A stretch of DNA of 64,000 nucleotides from Octopus sinensis. Its lineage: Eukaryota. The notes beneath the pieces are model-generated. The model worked only from the letters and a program-made list of their open reading frames with translations, ran no database searches and was not told where the DNA came from. The stretch spans positions 19,406,001 through 19,470,000 of the forward strand of contig NC_043008.1 in NCBI RefSeq assembly GCF_006345805.1, in the 5' to 3' direction. A program made the position numbers and the translations under genes. Positions 54,001 to 64,000 of this stretch are shown here, in pieces (positions within the stretch are counted from its first letter, which is position 1; each line of letters begins with the position of its first letter).

Positions 54001-54309
54001 GTGTGTGTGTGTGTGTGTGCATATTTGTGCCTTTTCCTTATCCACTACTTCCTAACCGGTGTTTGTTTACTTATGACCCCGTAATATTGCGGATATAGCG
54101 GATCGTCAAAAGTGATTTAAATGTTAAGTTCCAGACTTAAAAATAAGCACTGGAGACGATTTGTTCGGCTATACTCTTCAACGCAGTGCCCCAGGGTGGC
54201 CTCAGGCATAATAATGAAAATCAATGAATGGCAAAAAGATTGCTATTTTCTGCAAAGCTTCAATCTCATCCAGAAAACAAATTAGATTCTTTAGATGAAT
54301 AAACGAGTA

Positions 54310-54605
54310 AAGACCCCCTTCGTTCATAAATAACCATGGGATTGCACCTCCGAGGCACAAATTCAAGCAGGTTTGTTTATGGAAGACCAGCAGTCACCCA
54401 TTTTATACCAGTGTCCACTCTCCAAGCCACCGATATTATCCAAAAGCAAGGCAAAGACTGATATAGCTCGGAACTAGCTGAGCAACATGAAATAAAGTAT
54501 CTTGGTCAAGAACACAACACAGAGCCCGGTCCGGGAATCGAACTTAGTACTTCGTGATTGTGAGCCGGACCACTGATGGCGCTATCAACAGAGCCATGCG
54601 CCTTC
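54310..54605 (-). mobile_element. SINE group C (head, body X remnant, tail 4)
   Basis: Similar to 13805-14135. Confidence 0.65.
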
Positions 54606-55480
54606 ATATTAGATGAATACTTCGACTATTTTTCACTCAGATAACAAAAACAAAAAAATGAAAGAAAAGAAAAAGATTAAAGAAGATATCTGCAACGCAA
54701 TGCAGTAATAAGGTTCCAACACCCAATTGATAAATTTTCAATCCATCTTGCTAAATCCCTGAGAAACTCTTATCTTTTGCTGATGAAATAAGTAATTTGT
54801 TTACTGAAATATTGTGTATAGCTGGAGATATACTACTTCAGAACCAAGATTAGGATGTAGGCTTAAGTTTCCAGTTCATTGTATTTACGCTATTTAATTT
54901 ACTCAATTTTTGTGAGAGAGTAATGAAACCATATCCTTACAGCTTCAGCACTCAGAAATTCTTGAACACATTTCTTTCAGAGAGTAAACAATTACAAATA
55001 CAAACAGCAGGACGTTATAAACAGGTGTCTTTCGACTAAGGACGAATTAAATTAAGCTGGCGCGTGTGGAAGTGAAGTCTTACAGAAGGAACATAGGAGA
55101 TAAAAGTCATGGGAAGGAATATAAGAGATGCTACACACATGGTTGTCGAAACAAGAAAGAAAGGTCAGGCTTGGCGGTCACGTGGTAGGAGAGGAGAGAG
55201 GTAGTGGGTAGAAGGATTGAAGAATTAGGGAGGGACAAGAAAGTGAGAAAAAAGGAAAGGGAAAGAGTGAGATGAAAGAGAAGGGAAAGTGATGAGAATG
55301 AAGGGAAGACCAGTGATACTTTGTTGCCAACTTATAGTGGCATTCCCAGGCAAGGGGAGGATACTACTGCTATTTAACACCCCAAAACACCATTTCTAGT
55401 TCGCTACATGATACAAGCGTTCTGTGTCCTTAAAGTTTCAAAAAAGGATGATATGCACCTCCACCCAACAAAGCCAGTGC

Positions 55481-55521
55481 CCAGATACTAGTTTCAGGGT
55501 AGTTGCTCTTCATAAGTCTGG
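55481..55521 (-). ncRNA. Minimal type-I hammerhead, copy A (G5U lesion)
   Basis: CCAGA-CTTATGA-AGAG(CAACTA)CCCT-GAA-ACTAGT-A-TCTGG. Confidence 0.7.
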
Positions 55522-55837
55522 AGTAGTTTGACTTTGCGAGCTGTCAGTGCTAAATCGATCTTGAAAACATACAGATTTCAAATGAATTGAATTCAATGAT
55601 CTACAAAATTAGAAATATTGCATTTCTAAATGTCTCAGAGAGAGAGTTAGGTAGTAACAGCACAATAAAGTGATGGTATGTTGCCAACTTAATGTGGCAT
55701 TCCCAGGTAAGGGAAGATTACAACTGCTATTTAGCCTCCCAAGACACCGTTTCTAGTTGGCTACGTGACACAAACGTTCTGTATGCTCAAGTTTTCAAAC
55801 TGGGGAGATAAGCACCTCCACCCAACGCAGCTAGCAA

Positions 55838-55878
55838 CCAGAGAATAGTTTGAGAGTAGTTGCCCTTCATCAGTCTGG
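55838..55878 (-). ncRNA. Minimal type-I hammerhead, copy B (G12C lesion)
   Basis: CCAGA-CTGATGA-AGGG(CAACTA)CTCT-CAA-ACTATT-C-TCTGG. Confidence 0.7.
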
Positions 55879-56241
55879 AGTAGCTTGACTTTGCGAGCTG
55901 TCGGTGCTAAATCGCTGTTGAAAACTTATAGAATTTGAAGTGAAATAAATTCACTGATCTACAAAATTAGAAATATTGCATTTCTAAATCTCCCAGAGAA
56001 AGTTATGCAGTAGCAGAACGGCAAAGTGATGGTTTGTTGCTAACTTAATGTGGAAGTCCCAGGAAAGGGAAGAATCCTACTGCTATTTAACCCTCCAAGA
56101 CACCGTTTCTAGTTGGCTACGTGACACAAACGTCCTGTATCCTTACGTTTTCAAACAGAGGATCAGTGAATTTATTTCACTAGAGATTCTGTAAGTTTTC
56201 AATATCGATTTAGTACCGACAGCTCGCAAAGCCAAGCTGCT

Positions 56242-56282
56242 CCAGACTGATGAAGGGCAACTATCTTGAAACTAATCTCTGG
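56242..56282 (+). ncRNA. Minimal type-I hammerhead, copy C (intact CUGAUGA/GAAA core, AUC triplet)
   Basis: CCAGA-CTGATGA-AGGG(CAACTA)TCTT-GAA-ACTAAT-C-TCTGG. Confidence 0.85.
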
Positions 56283-56502
56283 CAATTGGCTTTCTTGGGT
56301 GGAGGTGCTTATCTCCCCTGTTTGAAAACTTAAGGAGACAGAACGCTTGTGTTACGTAGCCAACTAGAAACGGTGTTTCTTGGGGACTAAATAGCAGTAG
56401 CATTCTTAGCTTTCCTGGGTCTGCCACATGAAGTTGGCAACAGACATTCACTTTATCGTGCACAACTCTCTCTGAGACATTTAGAAATATATATACATCA
56501 AT

Positions 56503-56534
<32 letters not shown>

Positions 56535-56537
56535 TTT

Positions 56538-56830
56538 ATGCGCCTTTTTAAGCCTAGCCAGGCTCATGGGCCCGGTTTCCCGGTTTCTATGGCGCATGTG
56601 TTTCCCCCAACTGGACGGGGAGCCAGTCCATCGCAGTATTGCTCAATAAACAGGAAGAAAGAGTGAAAGAAAGCTGGGGCGAAAGAGTACAACAGGGGTC
56701 GCACCCCCCTGCCGGAGCGTCGTGGAGCTTTTAGGTGTTTTCGCTCAATAAACAAACACAACGCCCGGTCTGGGAATCGACACCGCAATCCTCCGACCGC
56801 GAATCCGTTGCCCTAACCAATGCGCCTCCA
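56538..56830 (-). mobile_element. SINE group C (head, body Y, tail 1)
   Basis: Tail matches 11085-11172; body matches 33960-34060. Confidence 0.85.
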
Positions 56831-58050
56831 CACACACACACACACACACATATACAGGAGCACAAAAATATGTGTGTATATGTGTATATGCATATGTATA
56901 AAGTGATTTCGACTCTGGCCATCACATAATATATTAAGTTCTTCATTTATACATTTGAAATAATTAATTATTTATGTCTTTTATCTAACATTTATGACTT
57001 TCTCATCGCTGATTTATATCGCGATATCCATTATATCAGTCTGCATGCGCGTGTATTTGTATGTGAGCGTCCGCGCTGTGTTAACATACGTATATGTGGC
57101 TGATGAGTGTGTGTGTGTTTGTGTGTTTGTGTGTGTGTGTGTGTGCGTGTGTGCTTACACTGAATTTTATGTGTGTCTGTGTTTGCGTATGTGAATTTTT
57201 AATTATTTTCTGAGATTTTACAAAAGCAACAAAAATATTTTTTAATTTATATATATAGGCGTGAGTGTGTGGTATGTATGGACTTTGCTTACGGACTATA
57301 TGATCCTGGGTTCAGTCCCGTTAGGTTGCACCTGAGGCAATTATCTTCTTCTAGGCCCTCCGGCCGACCTCCCCATATATATATATATATTAGTAGAAAG
57401 AATAGCTATAACTCTTTGACTGCTATTTCTAAATTTCGGTGTGTGGTGAGGCAAATCGTTGCTAAACCCTTAGTTACTTAGTATTACTTAAACTTTCCTC
57501 GAATGAGGCTTTTACATGCCGAAATCTACTTGGTGAAATTAATGATTATTCCAAATTAATTAATTTCACCCTATATTATTACTGATAACCATATTTCATC
57601 CCAGTAAATGACCACAAACTTGGTGACACAAACTTTCATTCACACTTTGAATTTGGTGATACTGGTAACGGCTTTAGCTCGCTCTGATACTGAGTTGAGA
57701 TGATGCCTTCTAGTATCTTGAAATTTAATATACAATTATTCATAATTGTAGTGTCCTACGCTGATGAGAAAAGAAGTTGGGGTAAGACATAATTATCTAA
57801 TTCTTATGCTTTCCTAAAACTTAATTTCGAAACGTACGTCCGTAGGTGACTTAAAATTGTATGATAGATTGCCGTCATTTTTCCTCTCTTGCCTGTGAGT
57901 GTTTGCCTTTCAAGTGATGTGGTTTTACTGAGATCTCCCTTTTAGTAGAAAGAATAGCTATAACTCTTTGACTGCTATTTCTAAATTTCGGTGTGTGGTG
58001 AGGCAAATCGTTGCTAAACCCTTAATTACTTAGTATTTATATAATATATG

Positions 58051-58115
<65 letters not shown>

Positions 58116-58383
58116 AATACACAAATACATATATATTACATATATATATATATTATATATAGATAGATGTAGATGTGTGTGTATGTTTGTGTATGTGTGT
58201 GTGCGCGTGTGGATGTATATATATATATATATCTTTCTGTCTATGTTTGTCCCTCCCCTATACCGCTTAACAGCCGGTGTTGGTGTGTCCCCGTAAGTTA
58301 GAAATTCGGCAAAAGATATAAGTATATATATGTTTTATATTTCTAAGTTATAAACATCTATCTATCTGAATATATATATACAT

Positions 58384-58414
<31 letters not shown>

Positions 58415-60420
58415 ACGGGAAGCTTTATGAAAGAAACAAAAGACGAAGGCAGGTGGAAAACAAACGAACAATTGTATTAGTATGGCGCTCAGGAAATATA
58501 AATAAAACAAGTCTTTAACGTTTCGAGCCTACGCTCTTCAACAGAAAGATACACAGAGAGAGAAAAAACAGAAAGAAGGAGAGAAAAAAAATGCGTGCAG
58601 TAGCTAACGAATCAACATGGCGATCTGATTTCGGCCAGAGGTCAAAGATCAACATGAGACGCGAGAGCGAAATAAGGGGAGATAATAGGGTTGATAAAAG
58701 GGTTGAGGGACCAGCTAATAGTGCGTGGGAGGGGTCTGGATGTGTGTATGTATAGGGTTGGTGTATGTATTAGTATGTATAGGGGGTGTGTGTGTGTGTG
58801 TGTGGTGTGTGTATGAGAGAGTATTAGTGCGTAGGATTGGTCTGGACGTGCGTATGTATGGGGTTGGTGTATGTATTAGTATGTATTAGTATGTATTAGT
58901 ACGTATTGGTATGTATAGGTGTGTGTGTTGGTGTATGAGAGAGTATAAGTGCGTATGCGGGGTCCGGACGTGTGTATGTATAGGGTTGATGTAAGTATTA
59001 GTATGTACTAGTATGTATTATACGTATTAGTATGTATTAGTTGGTGTGTGTAGTAGTAATGGCAACATCATATGTGATGTGATGTGTAAAGTCATGTGGT
59101 GTAGTGAGGAGAAGAGGGGGAGGGGGGAGAGAGGGGGGAGAAAGGGGAGGGAAGAAGAGGGGGAGAAGAAGGGGAAGAGGAAGGGATGGGGAGAAGGAAG
59201 GGGAGGAGGGGGATGAAGGAGGAAAGAGGAAGAGGGGGAGAGAGAAGGGGGAAGAGGGGAGTGAGGGAGCAGAGGGAAGGGGAAGAGGGAGGGAGAAATA
59301 GGGAAGAAGGGAAGGGGAGTTAGGGGTGAAAGGATGAAGGACTGAAGAAGTAGGGGTCGGGGGGAAAAGGATAGGTGAGGAGGGGGGAGAGGAGGTTAGA
59401 TGAGGAGGGGGGGAGAGTTGAGACCAAATTGCGTATAAGAGCGAAGAGAGAAGATTAATTCCTGTTCACGGCGCAAACGGGAATCCGGATGGCCTCTGTG
59501 TAAGACAAACCGCACAGATAGGTGTTGCAAGGAGTGACCGGTGGAGCGGAAATGGCGTGAGACCGTGTTCGTGTCGGTGTGGAGCGGGTGGTCGCAAGGT
59601 GGATGTCACGAAGGTGTTCCCAACCGGTCAGCCAAGCGGCGTCCCGTTTGTCCGATGTACAAGGAATTGCAGAGAGAGCAAGAGATGCAATAGATAATAT
59701 TGCTGGAGGTGCAGGTGAAGGAGTGGATGATGGGATAGGGTCGATGGGTGCTAGTGAGGCGGGGGTGTTGGAGAGGTAAGGGCAAGTGCGGCAACGTGGG
59801 CGGGAGCAGGGGACGAGCGGGTTGGGAGGTAGGGTCAGGGAAGGAGCTATGGACCAAAAGGTCCCGAAGGTTGTGGGCTCGTTTGAAAGAGGGGAGGGGT
59901 CGGTTAGGGAAGAGGTGTGAAGTGGACGGGTCGGACTGGAGATGACGAAAGCTCGAAGAATGGTGCGTTGAGACGTAGGGTCGTGGGGTGGTAAGTGAGG
60001 GGAAAAGGGAGGCGGGAGACTACAGGGCGGGTTCGGGAGAGAGAGCAGATACACGGTCCACGGACCGTGCTCTGGCAAGGGCGGTGTGGATAGTGGTGAG
60101 GGGGTATCCACGTAGGGTGAAGTGGTGAGCCATACGTTGAGACTGAGTCTCAAAGTCCATGTCGTCACTACAGAGCCTACGTAGACGGAGGAATTGGGAA
60201 TAGGGGATGGAAAGCTTGGTGGTGTTCTGGGTGGGAGGAAGAGAAGTTGAGGTATGATTGTGAGTCTGTGTGTTTGTAGTGAATGGAGGTGGTAAGAGTG
60301 GAGTGAAGAATGCTAACCGAAATGTCGAGGAAGGAGACAGAGGTGTTGGAGATAGTGGAAGTGAAGTGGAGGGCTGGATGGAAAGATTGGACGAAAGAGA
60401 GGAAGGAATCTAGATATTCT
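58415..60420 (-). mobile_element. 5-prime-truncated Penelope-like element (Neptune-like) with 3-prime UTR and HHR-bearing pLTR
   Basis: FLSFVQSFHPALHFT...SFLDISV...HYKHTDSQSYLNFSSSHP...SIPYSQFLRLRRLCSDD...RGYP; CSRPRCRTCP; FTCTSSNIIYCISCSLCNSLYIGQTGRRLADR; VSRHF...REQELIFSL...GLN; several frameshifts; (TA)n on both flanks. Confidence 0.92.
58512..58549 (-). ncRNA. Minimal type-I hammerhead-like motif, A6U core
   Basis: TCTTT-CTGTTGA-A-GAGC(GTAG)GCTC-GAA-ACGT-T-AAAGA in the PLE pLTR. Confidence 0.6.
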
Positions 60421-60454
60421 CTCTATATATATATGTATATATATATATTATATT

Positions 60455-60504
<50 letters not shown>

Positions 60505-62331
60505 TATATAATATGGATATATAAAATAACTAAGGGGCTACACGCAGTTTAAAAAAACCAACGGGCAGCACCAGTATTGAGTGAAAGACTCTTTAGCCAC
60601 GAACAAGCACAGTTCTTATGTACCAACTATGGAGACAGCCTTCACACAGGAAGCGAGGGCAGCAGATTGGCACGCCAATTTCGCATGAAATTAATGCTCA
60701 TTGAAGTGCTTCTCCATTGCTCATCAGTATTTATAGAATTTCCCATAAGAATCAACGGCTGATTCAGCAAAATGGTAATGTGAAATTATTTATACACATA
60801 CATACACACACGCACATATACACACAAACATGATTGCGCATGTCTGTCTAGGTTTATATGTGTCTATGTATATGAGCTTTTGTGTGTATGTACATGTGTG
60901 TGTATATATGTATATGAGCTTCTTTGCCTATTTGTGTATTTTCGTCTATCCATTATGCTGTGTATGAATTTCATTGTAGTCATATAGAAGTGTGTGTCTG
61001 TGAGTTTATGAATGTGTTTTTGCGAGCTAATGTCTGTACACCTATTTATTTGTTTTTGTGCTTCTGGGAGTGAGTAAATTAAATTTAAAGAGATAATAAA
61101 ACAAACTTCAAGTATGTTATATTTGTCTGGAGTCAACCTCTCTTGATATTATTACAAAATTTGGTTTTCGAATTACTCCTTATTTAAAATTTATATATTA
61201 TTTGTCATTCTTCTCTTTCTGTCATATACATATAACGAAATTTTCAAGGAGAAAAAAAATCAAAAGAAAATATAACCGAAACAATCAACATGGCATAGTT
61301 ACTACTTTGATGAATTTTAACTTAATTAGCAATTCATTAACTCTTCAAATATCTAAACAACAGAACGCATTTTATTGTCATCTGCAGGTCCATAAACTTG
61401 TAATTTATGAAAGAGAATATTTTATTTTTATTTTTATGGATATCTCTATAGTTCTAATGTACAAAATAACATTAATTTTATTGGCATTAATGTACATAAA
61501 ACGAAATTTCTTTTTACAGTGTTCTAAAGTTAAATATATAAATTAAAATAGATAACACAGTTAACATATGAGTAATCGTTTCGTGAACCAGGGAAATCAA
61601 TAAACATATAAGCTTCTATTGTAGTAAATGAGAGATGCATTCCATTGTGAATAGATTGCCAGTGTATTTTCGTATGTGCGTGCATTTATGAATTTTATAA
61701 TTGCTACAACTATTAAATATGAGATGTTATTCCTCCGACTTTCCCAACATGCTCAACGACGGGTAGATGCGGAGGATAATTGTACATTGTCGGAAATATC
61801 TGATAGAAATAATGTGTTACAACATGATATACTGTTTAAGAAAGTGATGGATATACTTGATACTGTAGTTTTAGAAAGCAGTAAAACGCGAATGGAATTC
61901 CTTCAACCATTTGCCTCTTCGATCGGAACCGAACTCCAGTAATATCAGCTTGGCAGATTTGGGTCGGTGACATATAGCTATGTTTGTCTGTATGTCTGCT
62001 TATCTGTCTGTCCGTCTGTATGTCTGTTTATCTGTTTGTAAGTCTGTCTCTATCTGTCCTGTCTGTCTCTTTGTATCACATTCGAAACGTAGAGTAGATG
62101 AAACCATGGCGACTGAAGAAGGGTTTTTTTCCTTGTGTTATTTGTCCTGTACTCTATTTTTTTGTTGTTTAAGAAAAATGTCCAGTTCCTTGGGTTTGTG
62201 TCTATGTTTTCGTTTCTCATTGTGTTCGACGTTTTTTTGGTGTCCTGTACTCATATATGCGTGTATATATACATGTAGAGGTAGGTACGTACATATATGT
62301 ATATATATATATGCATATGTTTTATTTATTA

Positions 62332-62371
<40 letters not shown>

Positions 62372-62395
62372 GTGTGTGTGTGTGTGTGTATGTGT

Positions 62396-62668
62396 AGAGG
62401 CGCAATGGCCGAATGGTTAGGGTAGCAGACTCGCGGTTGTAGGATCGCGGCTTCGATTCCCAGACCGGGCGTTGTGAGTGTTTATTGAGCAGGGGTGGGG
62501 GAGATCCTTGCTGTACTCATTCGCCACAACTTTCTCTCACTCTTTCTTCTGTTGGCCTTCCCGCTTAGCCAGCGGGGTGGCGTCATATGAAGGCTAAAAC
62601 AATGCGAAGCGCATTGTGACCAGCGATGTGTAGCAACATCTGATAGCCTGGTCGGTCACGGTGATACG
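62396..62668 (+). mobile_element. SINE group C (head, deleted body Y, tail 3)
   Basis: Tail has hairpin acaatgcg-aag-cgcattgt and ends ggtcacggtgat; same tail at 21403-21522. Confidence 0.8.
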
Positions 62669-63009
62669 TGTGTATATATGCTTAAAGAAGAATGAGTCCG
62701 ACAAAATAATTTTTTTGTCCGTAGGTGCACTTTTGATGAAACATTAATTCTTCACTTTTTAAGTTCTTTATTCTCAGTCAACTCACCATGTTCTTACGAA
62801 CTGATAATTCCAAGACTTGCAAATATAGATATTTGGAGGAATATGTAGTTATCCCTTAGTCACGAATTTTCCTTTCTTCGGCTTAACTTGGGGTGAATTT
62901 TCTTGTCGAAGGCTCCAGTTATGAGTGAAATAGCAAATGAATAGTCTTTTTGCTAAGTCTATCAGAACCTACGGAAATGTTGTGCTATAGATACGTACCA
63001 CAGGTTCAC

Positions 63010-63303
63010 AAAAGTGTGTGTATATGCCCAGATGATTTGCGAACCAGCCCCTCCGCCCAAATGTGAGAAAGGTCTTGAATTTCAAGGGTAAGTTCAGAAG
63101 AGCACAAGACTAACAGAATTGATAGATCGCTAGCCACTACACATTCTTTATTTTCTCTCCTTGTTTCTTTCTGTGTTCCTTTCTGTGGAAAAGCATAGGC
63201 TCGAAACGTTAAAGACTTCTTCACTTCTCAGGCATTAAACTAATACATCTGTTTGTTGTCGACACCACCTGTCTTCGTCTTTTTTTTTTTTGTGAATTCT
63301 CCC
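63010..63303 (+). mobile_element. PLE pLTR (63127-63303, HHR-like at 63178-63216) joined to an antisense PLE-thumb-like remnant
   Basis: ccttt-ctgtgga-aaagcataggctc-gaa-acgt-t-aaaga; upstream minus strand reads LVLCSSELTLEIQDLSHI. Confidence 0.6.
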
Positions 63304-63450
63304 CTCAAAATAGATAAATATGCAGAAGCCAAAAGAAAATTTTAGTTGTATTTTTTCCGAGAAAAAGAAAAATATCCCCCCAAAATGCTCGAAACTTCAG
63401 ACTTTGATGTGATAATCTTTGATCCCCGACATCTGTAGACATGGTACATG

Positions 63451-63482
<32 letters not shown>

Positions 63483-63864
63483 GTGTGATGAAATGGAAAA
63501 AGACTGTCGCTTTTACGGGGTGGGGAACAGGCATTGAGAGAGATGAAAAATGAGAGAAAGGGGATGAGGGAGAAAGAGAGAGAGGGAGAAGGAGAGAGAG
63601 AGTGACTAAATAACGGTGGAGCTTCAATTGATGTTTTTTTTTCAGTCACAGCATATTTGGTAATATTGGTTTCAAACTTGGCTAGCAATCTCGGAGAAGT
63701 GGGTAAGTTGATTACTTCAACTCCAGTGCTTAAATGGTCCCTTTTTTTTTTAATCGAACCCAAAAGAATGAAGCGCAAAGTCGTCACTGGCAGTATTTAA
63801 ACTCAGAACATAAAGTGGGAAGAAATGTTGCTGAGCACTTTGTCTGATCCGATAACGATTGTGC

Positions 63865-63990
63865 CTCGTGAGTGGATTTGGTAGACGGAAACTGAAAAGA
63901 AGCCCGTCGTATATATATACTCTTTAGTCTTTTACTCTTTTACTTGTTTCAGTCATTTGACTGTGGCCATGCTGGAGCACCGCCTTTAGT
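63865..63990. mobile_element. SINE group B fragments in opposite orientations
   Basis: cgtgagtggatttggtagacggaaactg (plus) then tactcttttacttgtttcagtcatttgactgtggccatgctggagcaccgcc (minus-strand tail). Confidence 0.75.
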
Positions 63991-64000
63991 GCCGAGAAAA

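Larger units (their letters stand above)
55313..56488. mobile_element. Retrozyme-like array: ~357-bp non-coding monomers, each complete monomer carrying a hammerhead
   Basis: Units start gtgat... at 55313, 55670 and 56026 (third truncated at about 56160); inverted monomer 56161-56488; no PLE-like ORF seen. Confidence 0.75.

Noticed and set aside
61676-61942. 88-aa non-repetitive ORF
   Set aside because: No recognisable domain or splice signals; could be a decayed transposon or chance.
62081-62135. GAAACGTA followed by CTGAAGA as a type-II or permuted hammerhead
   Set aside because: No stem I pairing and only a wobble-based stem II; at most a broken pLTR remnant.

Overview
AT-rich, microsatellite-saturated eukaryotic DNA. 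The SINE repertoire and simple-repeat density look like an octopus genome, but that species assignment is inferred, not searched. Only one host coding exon is well supported: 252-706 on the minus strand, the last exon of a Thr/Glu-rich single-pass membrane protein. The rest is intronic or intergenic. It contains three tRNA-derived SINE groups, several Penelope-like element (PLE) remnants, RTE and CR1/L2-type LINE ends, Tc1/mariner remnants, MITEs and long fold-backs. Nearly all ORFs in the supplied track are microsatellite artefacts. The most notable signal is a set of minimal type-I hammerhead ribozyme (HHR) motifs. A non-coding ~357-bp tandem unit at 55313-56488 carries one HHR per monomer, and a near-full monomer sits inverted and circularly permuted beside it, which is retrozyme-like architecture. 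Two further HHRs carry a compensatory U3:A8 core (23660 and 27845). A PLE terminal-repeat family has an A6U core. Other notable points are phased 184-bp SINE multimers, a GGTAT 3-prime junction microhomology, a SINE-head/LINE-tail chimera and head/body/tail shuffling among SINEs. All folds and alignments were read by eye; none were computed.
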